A DNA stretch of 64,000 nt, taken from the NCBI GenBank assembly GCA_938045545.1, contig CALIBN010000015.1, positions 20,962 through 84,961 on the forward strand, in the 5' to 3' direction. A model generated the notes under the pieces. The model saw only the letters and a list, made by a program, of their open reading frames with translations, made no database searches and was not told the origin of the DNA. The stretch is from an uncultured archaeon. Its GTDB lineage: Archaea > Thermoproteota > EX4484-205 > JAAOZP01. The translations under genes and the position numbers were made by a program. Shown in pieces: positions 1-9,707 of this stretch. The stretch's first letter is position 1. Each line of letters starts with the position of its first letter.

Positions 1-465
1 GGTTCAAAAGCCAATTGCTTGGAGGCGGCTAATCTGTTCAACGAAATTTCTGGAAAGCTTAGGAAAGAGGGTATGAGGGTCGGCTACCATAATCACATGT
101 TAGAATTCAAAACCATTAACGGCGAGAGAATATGGGACTTGTTCTTCAGCTCCACGATCCCCGAGGTGGTGATGCAGCTGGACACTGGGAACGCGATGCA
201 TGGAGGAGTCGATGCTGAGGGCATTCTGGAGATAATCCGGAAATACCCTGGCAGAGCCGTAACCGTGCATGTGAAAGAGTATTCCTCTAAAGACCCTAAG
301 GCAGTGATTGGGGAAGGGGAAATGAAGTGGCGCGAATTCTTCGAGCTCTGTAGAACAGTGGGTGGAACCGAGTGGTATATTGTTGAGCAGGAGAGCTATG
401 CCTATTCTCCTCTCGAATGCGTTAAGCGTTGCATAGAAAACCTTAAAAGAATGAGGCTTGTATAG
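1..465 (+). CDS. Sugar phosphate isomerase/epimerase (xylose isomerase-like TIM barrel), 5'-truncated by window edge
   Basis: Motifs YHNH, MQLDTGN, VHVKE, WYIVEQE typical of the AP-endonuclease-2/IolE-like family. Confidence 0.8.
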   Translation, partial: GSKANCLEAANLFNEISGKLRKEGMRVGYHNHMLEFKTINGERIWDLFFSSTIPEVVMQLDTGNAMHGGVDAEGILEIIRKYPGRAVTVHVKEYSSKDPKAVIGEGEMKWREFFELCRTVGGTEWYIVEQESYAYSPLECVKRCIENLKRMRLV

Positions 466-727
466 CGGCCTATCCAAATCAATTTTTTAAAGGATTGCCA
501 CAAAGCCTAGATCTGTCCTATAAAGATTAAATTTAAGGCTTTACACATCAAAAATGTAACGCGTGCTAAAAGGCGAATACTAAAATTATCAAGTTGGGAA
601 TAGAAGTGGTAGAAACGACAGCTATTACTGAAGAAAAATTCCAGTTGAAATAAGAATCTAGAAGGCTAAAGTTTAAAAAGACATATAAACTTTAAAATCT
701 TAGAAAATTGGGAGGAGGAATGAGTAA

Positions 728-1516
728 ATGAAGATATTGTATGAATTTATTCCCAAAGCGAACTTTATAGATTTAGCAGAAGAAATAAAGGATCTAGTGG
801 ACGGTTTAAACATTACCGATAGCGCAGGAGGGATACCTGCTCCCAGTGCTACTGCAGTAGCCTGCGCGCTTAAGATAAAGTATCCTCAAAAAATAATGAT
901 TCCCATGCTGATTACTAATTATAAGGGACCAGTCGAAATCGCTGCTGTAGCAAGTGCTTGCGAAGCCTTAGGGATTTATGGAATGGTACCTGATCCGGGA
1001 GACGCTCCCAGATACGGATATCCAATAAGGACAAGAAAAGACGGAACCTGTGAAATTCTTTCTGATAAAGAGGAGATTGAAAGATTTAGACGCGCAACCG
1101 GTCCTGCGGAAGAAGTTAGGGAATTTCTGCGTAATATCGTAAAGATAAAAAAGTTAAAATTAGGCTGTCTCTTAACTAGTCGTAGACCTACGGAAGAGGC
1201 TATTACACGCATAAGGGATGCTTGGGATTTCTGCCTTTTTTTGCGCTTAGAAAAGACCTCTTTGCCAAAGTTAAAAGAATTAGCTTCGGAGTGTAAAAAT
1301 TTAGGAAAACCCATTTATCCGTATTTTGTAGTTGAGACGCCTAAAAATAAAAAGATTCTGGAAAGAATCGGATGGCCTTCTACAACGACCTTAGAAAAAG
1401 CAGAGGAATTCGCAGCCGAACTACAAGGTATTGTAGACGGCATAATCTCTACTTGCCTAGGAGATCTGGAGGCAGATAAAAAGCTACTTGATAAACTACA
1501 GAAATTCAGGGAATAG
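728..1516 (+). CDS. Divergent methylenetetrahydrofolate reductase (MetF-like)
   Basis: YEFIP...VDGLNITDSAGG...MIPMLI...GDAP pattern matches the MTHFR N-terminal barrel; sits directly upstream of fhs. Confidence 0.55.
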   Translation: MKILYEFIPKANFIDLAEEIKDLVDGLNITDSAGGIPAPSATAVACALKIKYPQKIMIPMLITNYKGPVEIAAVASACEALGIYGMVPDPGDAPRYGYPIRTRKDGTCEILSDKEEIERFRRATGPAEEVREFLRNIVKIKKLKLGCLLTSRRPTEEAITRIRDAWDFCLFLRLEKTSLPKLKELASECKNLGKPIYPYFVVETPKNKKILERIGWPSTTTLEKAEEFAAELQGIVDGIISTCLGDLEADKKLLDKLQKFRE

Positions 1517-1832
1517 GACGGTAAAGAGATAAGAAAACTTATTTATTTGTGAAACGCGTGGTCCTTTGCTTAGGGAAAAGAGTTATGCTGAGAAGTGTGA
1601 AAACTGCGTCGGAGAGTAAAATTTAATTAAGCGGATGCTTCTACAGGCAGACGCTAGCGCACTGAGCCATGGAGAAGATGCTCTCATAAGCTATTTTAGG
1701 CACGCCCTGTGGATTGGAAGGGACTTTAGACATATAGAAGTCATTAAAAAGCTGATGGCATAAGTCGCCCCATGATTTCAGAAAGCCTTAAATGTTAGCT
1801 ATTTGCCATCATGGGAAAAGGAGGCGTTGATA

Positions 1833-3569
1833 ATGCCGGTGAAAAAGAGCTGGCCAGTGCCTAGTGATATTGAGATCGCTTACAAAGCCGAGCTTTACCC
1901 GATTAAGAAGGTTGCAGAGCATATTGGGATTCTAGAGGAAGAGCTTGACAGTCACGGGAAATATATTGCTAAGGTTGATTACAAAAGCATTCTCAACAGG
2001 CTGAATAATAGGCCCCGCGGCAAATTGATTATCGTAACGGCAATCACCCCCACGCCCCTCGGCGAGGGGAAAACAACCGTTTCAATAGGCTTGGGCCAAG
2101 CCTTCCATGAAAGGGGTTTAAAGGTTATTAACACTCTGCGCGAACCCTCTAAGGGCGTTACCTTTGGAGTAAAAGGCGGTGCAACTGGCGGCGGCTACTC
2201 CCAAGTATTACCAATGGATAGGATTAATCTTAATTTCACGGGAGACATATCGGCCGTGGAGATTGCCCATAACCTTTGTGCAGCAGCCATAGATGCTAGC
2301 ATACTTCACGGAAATCCTTTAAGCATCGACCCCCTGTCAATCGAATGGCCCTATTGCATGGATGTGGAGGCTAGGGCTCTAAGACGAGCCGTCATAGGAT
2401 TAGGAGGAAGGTCAAACGGTTACCCTAGGGAGACGCGTTGGAGCATAACTGTGGCAACTGAAACGGCAGCCATCCATGCGTTGGCCACTGGGTTGGAAGA
2501 CTTAAGGAAAAGGCTTGGAAAAGCCGTCGTCGCCTACACCTATAGTGGGAAACCAGTAACGTGTGAAGAACTTGGAGTGGCCGGGGCCATGGCCGCTCTA
2601 CTCGTGGAAGCCATTAAGCCTAATCTAGTTCAATCCACAGAAGGCCACGCCGTTTTAGTCCATGGATTTCCGTTTGCAAACATAGCGCACGGGACCAACT
2701 CGATCATAGCTGATTTAGTGGCTTTGAAGCTTGCGGATTACGTTATCTGCGAAACCGGGTTTGGCTCTGAATGCGGCTTCTCCAAGTTCTGCGACATTGT
2801 ATGCCGCCAGTCTCCCGAGATAAGGCCCGATTGCGCCGTTATCGTCTGCACGATTAGAGCACTTAAAGAACACGGCGGTGCCTTCCTGCTTCGCCCAGGA
2901 ATGCCCTATAGGAAAGTCAAGAGGGCGGCTGAAACGGAAAATCTTCAAGCGGTCGAGAAAGGCTGCGAGAATCTGGCTAGACACATAGAAATAGTCCATA
3001 AATACGGTATTCCAGCCGTAGTTGCCATAAACAGGTTTATCACGGATACCGATAGCGAGATAAGGCTGGTGTGTGAAAAAGCCATCGAGGCTGGCGCCGA
3101 TGGTGTTGCCGTCGTAGATCCCTGGTCTAAAGGAGGCGAGGGTTGCCAGGAACTTGTTGATAAGGTTCTTGAAGCGATGAAGAAGCCGCGTGAGCTGAAG
3201 TTTCTTTATCCCGCTGAAGCCCCTATCAAGGAGAAAATCGAGACCATAGCTACTGAACTCTATGGGGCAGAAGACGTGAAATATTCGCCTGAAGCAGAGG
3301 AAAAAATAGAGTTTTACAACAGCCTTGGATACGACCGGTTTCCTGTAAACATGGCTAAAACACCCCTCTCCCTTTCTCACGACCCGCTCTGGAAAAACGT
3401 CCCTAAGAACTACACGTTTCCAGTCAACGACATACTCGCCTTCGTTGGAGCCGGTTTCCTTATCCCGATATGTGGCGAAATACAGTTGATGCCAGGCCTC
3501 CCGAGAAAACCCGCCTTCCTAAGGATCGATGTGGAAACGGAAACTGGAAGGATAAGAGGCCTCTTCTAG
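1833..3569 (+). CDS. fhs: Formate--tetrahydrofolate ligase
   Basis: VTAITPTPLGEGKTT, LREPS, KGGATGGGYSQV, PFANIAHG, MAKTPLSLS, MPGLP; probable ATG start at 1833 (track TTG 1803). Confidence 0.95.
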   Translation: MPVKKSWPVPSDIEIAYKAELYPIKKVAEHIGILEEELDSHGKYIAKVDYKSILNRLNNRPRGKLIIVTAITPTPLGEGKTTVSIGLGQAFHERGLKVINTLREPSKGVTFGVKGGATGGGYSQVLPMDRINLNFTGDISAVEIAHNLCAAAIDASILHGNPLSIDPLSIEWPYCMDVEARALRRAVIGLGGRSNGYPRETRWSITVATETAAIHALATGLEDLRKRLGKAVVAYTYSGKPVTCEELGVAGAMAALLVEAIKPNLVQSTEGHAVLVHGFPFANIAHGTNSIIADLVALKLADYVICETGFGSECGFSKFCDIVCRQSPEIRPDCAVIVCTIRALKEHGGAFLLRPGMPYRKVKRAAETENLQAVEKGCENLARHIEIVHKYGIPAVVAINRFITDTDSEIRLVCEKAIEAGADGVAVVDPWSKGGEGCQELVDKVLEAMKKPRELKFLYPAEAPIKEKIETIATELYGAEDVKYSPEAEEKIEFYNSLGYDRFPVNMAKTPLSLSHDPLWKNVPKNYTFPVNDILAFVGAGFLIPICGEIQLMPGLPRKPAFLRIDVETETGRIRGLF

Positions 3570-3723
3570 AGTATCCGGCCACGATGTCCTTCAACTTTCC
3601 GAGCTGGCTATGATGAGGTGTTAAACGACCGTTAAGAGGGCTTCCCCAGCCCAACCATTATAATTAACGTTTAGCGAGGACTCTAAAAGTATAAAAAGGT
3701 GAATAGATGAAGAGGGTGAGAAA

Positions 3724-4632
3724 ATGTTCAGGTTTAAGCAGGAGCAGAAAATCTACGATATCGCTGGCGTGAAGGTTGGCGGTCAGCCGGGTCAACTACC
3801 TACTGTAATGATAGGAAGCATATTCTATGGCAAACAGAAAATATTTGAGGACGAGAGGACTGGAGCATTCTCTAAAGAAAAGGCTGAAGAGCTGTTGAAT
3901 AAGGAGAAGGAAGTATCTGACAAAACCGGTAATCCTAGGATTGTAGACGTATGCTGCACTTGGCCCCAAGCTTTTGGGAAACTCATAGAGTTCGTGGCCG
4001 ACACGATCGACGGTCCCTTCGCTATAGATGGAACAACTGAGGAGGCGAGGATTGCAGGAGCCAAATACGTTGGTGAAGCCGGTTTATCTGAGCGCGTCGT
4101 CTACAACTCGATAATGCCGCATATTAAAGAGGCTGAGATATCTGCGATCAGGGAGGCGAGGATTAAATCCGCCGTCTTACTAACGTATAACGCTAAAAAC
4201 CCCACGATAGCCGGGCGTATGCAGATGCTTGACGAGCTTTTAGCCTTAGCCTCAAAAGCAGGCGTCGAGAGAATCCTAGTTGATACGACTGTTCTCGACA
4301 TCCCCGACCCAGGACCGGTAAGCAAAGTCGTCTACCTGGTGAAGGAGAAATACGGTCTACCGGCCGGGGCCGGAACGCATAACGCAGTCCAGAGGTGGAA
4401 CAGGATGCGCAGACTAGATAGAACACTTTTCTCCATTGCGAGTAGCGTAGCCGACGTGGCTCCCATATTCATGGGGGCGAACTTCGTAATATATGGGCCG
4501 ATAGAGAATGCTTCCAACGCGTATTTCCACTGTGCATTGGCCGACGCCTATGTGGCTTACAGCGTGCGGCAGGAGTTTGGAATAAGACCATTAACTAGCA
4601 ACCATCCGCTGTTCAAAATATTCAAAGAGTAG
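3724..4632 (+). CDS. mtrH: MtrH/MtgA-family methylcorrinoid:pterin methyltransferase
   Basis: MFRFKQEQKIYDIAGVKVGGQPGQLPTVMIGSIFY N-terminus, GxHNA, YGPIENA, C-terminal HPL; no other mtr subunits nearby. Confidence 0.9.
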   Translation: MFRFKQEQKIYDIAGVKVGGQPGQLPTVMIGSIFYGKQKIFEDERTGAFSKEKAEELLNKEKEVSDKTGNPRIVDVCCTWPQAFGKLIEFVADTIDGPFAIDGTTEEARIAGAKYVGEAGLSERVVYNSIMPHIKEAEISAIREARIKSAVLLTYNAKNPTIAGRMQMLDELLALASKAGVERILVDTTVLDIPDPGPVSKVVYLVKEKYGLPAGAGTHNAVQRWNRMRRLDRTLFSIASSVADVAPIFMGANFVIYGPIENASNAYFHCALADAYVAYSVRQEFGIRPLTSNHPLFKIFKE

Positions 4633-4754
4633 AGAACGCAGCAGAGGCAGATAGGATTAGCGTTTAACATTCGCTACTCCTGCCTAAGTTTATGCGGTTT
4701 CCCCTCCGTGTCATCACCGAGACGTGATCGTAAAGTTGTCGGTTAGGAAAACTT

Positions 4755-5402
4755 TCAATCCCTGTGGTTCGAAAGGGGTTTCGTCTCCGCTTCGCGAAGT
4801 ATCCTAGTCTTCCCCTGCTCAACTATGATTCTTCCCTCCTGGAAAAGACGGATCCCTTCCACCAAGACCTCACCCTCAGCCTCTTGAACCCTCCTCTTCA
4901 AAGACTCCTCATCGTCATCCTCCCTCACTTCAACAGCCTTCTGCAATATTATTGGTCCAGCATCCATTTTCTCATCAACGAAGTGGAGAGTACAGCCTGT
5001 AATCTTCACGCCGGATTCAAGCACCGCGCGATGGACGTTCAGGTCCCAACCTGGAAAGGCGGGTAGAAGAGAAGGATGAATGTTCATAATCCTATTCCTA
5101 AACTTTTTCACGAACTGGGGGCTTAAGAGCCTGTTATAGCCTATGAGCAGTACGAGGTCAACCTTCCTACGCTCAAGCTCTAGGGCGACCTCCATATCGT
5201 ACTCCGCAGGATCCTTACCCTTAGGATCTATGAATATCGCTTCTATACCGTTCCGTCTCGCCCGCTCCAGCGCATACGCATTCTTCTTATTGCTTATGAG
5301 GCAGACTATTTCAGCGTTTAACCTCTTGTGTCTTATCGCCTCCAAGATGGCCTCCATATCGGTGGCGCGGGTTGATGCGAGTATGCCTATCCTAAGCAAC
5401 AC
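4755..5402 (-). CDS. purN: Phosphoribosylglycinamide formyltransferase
   Basis: IGILAS, NIHPSLLPAFPG, TGCTLHFVDEKMDAGPII; probable GTG/TTG start at 5402/5399 coupled to the folD stop. Confidence 0.93.
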   Translation of the reverse strand: MLLRIGILASTRATDMEAILEAIRHKRLNAEIVCLISNKKNAYALERARRNGIEAIFIDPKGKDPAEYDMEVALELERRKVDLVLLIGYNRLLSPQFVKKFRNRIMNIHPSLLPAFPGWDLNVHRAVLESGVKITGCTLHFVDEKMDAGPIILQKAVEVREDDDEESLKRRVQEAEGEVLVEGIRLFQEGRIIVEQGKTRILREAETKPLSNHRD

Positions 5403-6235
5403 TACGAGGCCTCGGAGGCGCATTCAACCAGATTCCGTATGATGGTCGCGACCGTCACCGGGCCCACTCCACCTGGAACCGGTGTTATCGCAGACACTTT
5501 TTGGGAAACGCTTTGAAAATCCACATCCCCCACGAGAGTGCCTTCGACGAAGCTGGTTCCAGCATCGATCACTACAGAACCCTCACCGACCATTTTGTCG
5601 GTTATGAGCCTCGGGACACCGGTTGCAGAGATTAATACATCCGCTTTCAATGTCTTCTCGCTCAGGTTTTTAGTCTTGATGTGGCAAACGGTTACTGTTG
5701 CCATTCGTGAGGTAAGCATTGCAAAAAGGGGCCTTCCTACGAGTATGCTGTTGTTCACGATGACGACGTCGGCACCTTCTACGTTAATTCCATACCATTC
5801 CAAAATCCTGATCACAGCGTTTGCCGTCGCCGTGGGCTTGGCTTCCAAGCCGGATAACAATCTTCCCAGGTTTAATGGATGCAGGCCGTCAACATCCTTC
5901 TTAATGTCTAAGGCTTCCAATACGTTTAGCGTCGACACGTTTTTCGGAAGGGGTAGTTGAACAACTATCCCATGAACACCCGTATCCTTATTCAATTCCT
6001 TTATGAGCGAGATGAGCTCGGCTTCAGATGGATCGTTAAGCTCATGCACCACCGCTTTCCCCCCTACAGAGTTGCAGGCTTTAACCTTCATTTTAACGAA
6101 AGAATCCTGTGCCTTTGAACCCGAGGCCTTTATGATGTGCAGCGATGGCGTGAAGCCCAGTTTCTCGATCCTCGCCTTAGCCTCAGCTAGAATCGCGTCG
6201 GCCACGGGCTTTCCGCTCAATATCTTAGCCGCCAT
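5402..6235 (-). CDS. folD: Bifunctional methylene-THF dehydrogenase/cyclohydrolase
   Basis: VHGIVVQLPLP, KDVDG, VGRPL, TVTVCH, GDVDF, TPVPGGVGPVT. Confidence 0.95.
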   Translation of the reverse strand: MAAKILSGKPVADAILAEAKARIEKLGFTPSLHIIKASGSKAQDSFVKMKVKACNSVGGKAVVHELNDPSEAELISLIKELNKDTGVHGIVVQLPLPKNVSTLNVLEALDIKKDVDGLHPLNLGRLLSGLEAKPTATANAVIRILEWYGINVEGADVVIVNNSILVGRPLFAMLTSRMATVTVCHIKTKNLSEKTLKADVLISATGVPRLITDKMVGEGSVVIDAGTSFVEGTLVGDVDFQSVSQKVSAITPVPGGVGPVTVATIIRNLVECASEAS

Positions 6236-6565
6236 CAGGAATCACCGCAGCCCCTGTAAATCGCGACCCTCGATGCTGATGAATGCCACTTGCCACTAGG
6301 AGAGATGTGTCTACGAGTCATACTGGGGCTTACTTTCCAACAGTTGGAGTGATGCCCACTCCTAGTGTCAGCCTCATCAACCTTCACCAGTTCTCTAAAC
6401 CAGTGAGACATCGTGTCCTTCTTCAAACACATGCGTCCTTATAAATGCTTCGATTACATTGCTCCATCAGTCAAAATTTTATAAACTATTAGTCCCGGCG
6501 ATGAGTTTTAAAATATGAATTTCTAGTATTCATGAAACGTTTTTATAGGGAACTCTTTTCACAAT

Positions 6566-7921
6566 TTGAGAATGGGCGAGGAATCCGGCAACGCTAAGAA
6601 TGAATTCAGGAAATTAGCAAGAGAGAGGATTCTAGCGATGTCGGAACAGCAGAGGAAGAATAAGAGCTTGAAGGCAGTTTCCAACCTTAAAAGTCTAGAT
6701 GAGTTTTCGAGAGCAAAATGTGTCATGGTGTATGTTTCAAAGAAGGATGAAGTCGATACGATCGGGCTCATTACTGACATGTTGAAATCCGGTAAAAGAG
6801 TTGCAGTACCCTTCGTAGATGAGGAAAGAATGGAGCTGATTCCCTGTGAAATATCAAACCTCGAAGAACTAGCTGTTGGAACATTCGGTGTGATGGAGCC
6901 GGATCCCGGGAATTTGAGAATCGTTAACACTGAGGAAATAGACGTCGTTGTCGTCCCAGGTATGGCTTTCGACAGAAATTGCAACAGGCTTGGCAGAGGG
7001 AAAGGTTACTTCGACAGGTTTTTAAAGAGACTTAACGGAGGGAAGAAAGTAATCGGTTTAGCCTTCTCAGAACAGGTTTTTGACAGCATACCGGTTGAAG
7101 AGAACGATGCGAAGGTCGACATCGTGGTTACGGAATCCAGCATCATAAGGTGCGACGCTGGAGGGCCAAGATCTGGTTTAAGCAGGAAAAAATTCGACGT
7201 GCATAAACTTGCCACCTCTTCCCTGTTCATGGCACTCTTCATCGTGCTTAGGGCAGTCCCAACCTTCCCAATCATAGGGGTACCTGGAGGAAGCTTCCCG
7301 GTTTCAGATGTCATTCTGCCGCTTTACGGAGTCTTGCTCGAGCCTGTTCACGGCGCCACCGTAATCCTCTTAGGAACAATCCTAGGTTTCTTAATAAAGC
7401 CTCCCAGGTTTCTTTACCTGGACTTCCTACCGCCGCTGGTTAACACTTTGACAGTAAGTCTGCTCTGGAGGAGGAAGACGTGGTTAGCACTCCTCATCTA
7501 TGTTTCCGTATTAGCCGTTTTCATGACAGGGCCTTTTAGCCTGATACTTATACACCTCGACCTTCCAGGCTTAGAGGCAGATTTGCCATTCCACTGGCTG
7601 CACCTCACAGCAATACCCGTCTCCCTGATTCTCATCAGGCTTGGAAATTTTAAACATAAGGCTGATCCAATTGCATTGAAGTTTTCAGGATGCGCTTTAC
7701 TCGGAACCATGGGGCAACACTCTATGGGTAGTGCACTATTTGGATACGTGTTCGGTCTAACCGGGATGATAAATAGAGAGGGGTTTGAGAAAATCTGGTA
7801 TACGGTATTCTGGATATATCCTATAGAGAGGATGCTTCTAGTCTTGGTGAGCACGCTGGTTGGAGTCCCGGCCATCCGAGTATTGACAAGGATAATATGG
7901 AGGCCTCAGAACCCATCGTAA
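6566..7921 (+). CDS. 5-formyltetrahydrofolate cyclo-ligase fused to a C-terminal ECF-transporter S-component-like membrane domain
   Basis: N-terminal ~195 aa has YVSKKDEV, GTFGVMEP, VPGMAFD..NRLGRGKGYFDR; the C-terminal ~250 aa is multi-TM and begins with an S-component-like LATSSLFMALF..VPTFPIIG..LPLYGVLL pattern. Confidence 0.85.
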   Translation: MRMGEESGNAKNEFRKLARERILAMSEQQRKNKSLKAVSNLKSLDEFSRAKCVMVYVSKKDEVDTIGLITDMLKSGKRVAVPFVDEERMELIPCEISNLEELAVGTFGVMEPDPGNLRIVNTEEIDVVVVPGMAFDRNCNRLGRGKGYFDRFLKRLNGGKKVIGLAFSEQVFDSIPVEENDAKVDIVVTESSIIRCDAGGPRSGLSRKKFDVHKLATSSLFMALFIVLRAVPTFPIIGVPGGSFPVSDVILPLYGVLLEPVHGATVILLGTILGFLIKPPRFLYLDFLPPLVNTLTVSLLWRRKTWLALLIYVSVLAVFMTGPFSLILIHLDLPGLEADLPFHWLHLTAIPVSLILIRLGNFKHKADPIALKFSGCALLGTMGQHSMGSALFGYVFGLTGMINREGFEKIWYTVFWIYPIERMLLVLVSTLVGVPAIRVLTRIIWRPQNPS

Positions 7922-9234
7922 GGCTCGCCCGTCCATATCGGCCTTGCCTCCCCAACGGTGAAAACTGAGCCCGTAACAAGTATTCTACCCTCTTCCCCGG
8001 TGCACGACAAGGCTCGAGCCACCGCCTCCTTAACAGTCGGCTCAGAACTGTATTTAGCATTCAGATCCTTCAAAACATCCGCCATCCTCTCTATCGGGAG
8101 AGCTCTCCCCATGACGCCGTGCTCAGTTAAGATGAACTCATCCGTGATCCTCGCAACAGATCGGAGAATCTTATCGTATTCCTTATCCGAGGAAATACTG
8201 ACGACTGTTTTAAACCTGGCTCCCGGCAGCATTTCCTCTATGCTCGACGACAACGCTTCAGCAGCCGCCGGATCCTTTGCGCAATCCAATATGACTAGTG
8301 GTCTTTGACTAACGGGCTCCAGCCTCCCCGGCCACACAATGTTAGCAAGACCCCTTCTTATGGCATCCTCATTAAAGTCCGATTTACCAGTTAGCTCGGA
8401 AAACCTTAGATAGCTCGCTATGGCCGTCGATACGTTCGTCGCCTGAAAACTCCCCCTGAGCGAAACCTTAAGGTTCTTCAAAAGCGTCTCCCCAAGGTCA
8501 ACATCTAAAAGCATCCCGGTTAAGTCTGATCTTAAAACTCTGTGCTTAACATCCCTGGATACCAAGGTGAGCTCGGAGCCCAATTCCATGCAGCGTTCCT
8601 CTATGACTTTAAGCGCTGAACCCGAGCAAGCCGTTACGGTGGGCCGCCCCGGCCTTATTATGCCTGCTTTCTCAAAAGCTATCTTCTCAACAGTATCACC
8701 CAAGTGCTTCATATGCTCTAAAGAGACGTTTGTTATGACTGAGAGCATCGGGTCGCATGCGTTTGTCGCGTCCAGTCTACCTCCCATACCCACCTCAACG
8801 ACAGCCACGTCAACGTTTTTCACCGAGAAATACTCATATGCCATTGAGACGTTGCACTCGAAAAAGGTTGGAAAGCGTCCTAACCTTCTCGAAACCTTTT
8901 CACCAGCCTCTTTAACCACCTCATAGGTCTCCACGACTTCCCTCCTGGTTATTTCACAGCCATCCACGGCTATCCTCTCGGTGAACCTGCATAGGTGCGG
9001 CTTCGTGAACATTCCAACCTTAAGACCCTCCTCGCGTAGGATTGAGCTTATCATGGTGACAGTGGAACCCTTCCCATTAGTACCCCCTACGAGGATCACA
9101 GGATAGTCCTGCTCCGGGTTTCCAAGCTCGTTCAGAACCCCCTTGACAACATCCAAGCCTAGCTTTATCCCCCTCAGCTCGTAGAGCTCCTTTAACACCC
9201 GCACGTACTCAGCGTCATCAGTCCAAGCACTCAA
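7906..9234 (-). CDS. folC: Folylpolyglutamate synthase/dihydrofolate synthase
   Basis: VGGTNGKGST, TKPHL..FTERI, VEVGMGGRLDATN, EKAGII, WPGRLE, VTGS. Confidence 0.95.
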   Translation of the reverse strand: MSAWTDDAEYVRVLKELYELRGIKLGLDVVKGVLNELGNPEQDYPVILVGGTNGKGSTVTMISSILREEGLKVGMFTKPHLCRFTERIAVDGCEITRREVVETYEVVKEAGEKVSRRLGRFPTFFECNVSMAYEYFSVKNVDVAVVEVGMGGRLDATNACDPMLSVITNVSLEHMKHLGDTVEKIAFEKAGIIRPGRPTVTACSGSALKVIEERCMELGSELTLVSRDVKHRVLRSDLTGMLLDVDLGETLLKNLKVSLRGSFQATNVSTAIASYLRFSELTGKSDFNEDAIRRGLANIVWPGRLEPVSQRPLVILDCAKDPAAAEALSSSIEEMLPGARFKTVVSISSDKEYDKILRSVARITDEFILTEHGVMGRALPIERMADVLKDLNAKYSSEPTVKEAVARALSCTGEEGRILVTGSVFTVGEARPIWTGEPYDGF

Positions 9235-9469
9235 TTATTGAAGCACCCCTTTAGCGTGCGCTGAGGAAACCGCGTCCTCTCCATCATTTCTTAACGGTGG
9301 AAATCGTCTTGTTTAAATGTCTTACTGAGACGGATTGAAGCTCGGGAGCATGCGGGTTTACATCGTTTCCCGCTCATCGGAGACGACTATACCATGATAA
9401 GCCTGAATCGAAAGCTCCAATAGCTCGTCTACCCCAGGAGATATGCGGCCGGCTTCCTGAGCAGGAAGG

Positions 9470-9567
9470 GTCATTGAAGCAAGGTTCTAGAGGAATAACC
9501 TGGGGGTTCAGGTGTGTACGGGCTTGCCATAAAACGTCATTGAAGCAAGGTTCTAGAGGAATAACCT
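9470..9567. CRISPR. Orphan CRISPR-like mini-array: two identical 32-bp repeats and one 34-bp spacer
   Basis: GTCATTGAAGCAAGGTTCTAGAGGAATAACCT at 9470-9501 and 9536-9567; spacer 9502-9535; no cas genes in the window, only two copies seen. Confidence 0.4.
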
Positions 9568-9707
9568 TCCCATTCCTTTGTCGCAGGCAAATGGAAAAGG
9601 GGAAAGGCCTCACCAGCCATTCGTCGAGTGAAGGAGAAGCATCAGGGAAAAGCTCAAGTGCACGCGCTAAACCATGAGAAGCAATTTTCCCAAAATAAGG
9701 CTCTAAG

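Noticed and set aside
1520-1800. Cys-containing micro-ORF between metF-like and fhs as a MetV remnant
   Set aside because: Too short and no convincing motif.
3724-4632. mtrH as evidence of methanogenesis
   Set aside because: No mtrA-G or mcr genes in the window; the folate-gene context points to an MtgA-like role.
9374-9677. 79-aa and 67-aa ORFs spanning the repeat pair
   Set aside because: No protein-like features; the repeats are identical at DNA level, so a non-coding explanation is preferred, although the 66-bp period is in frame.
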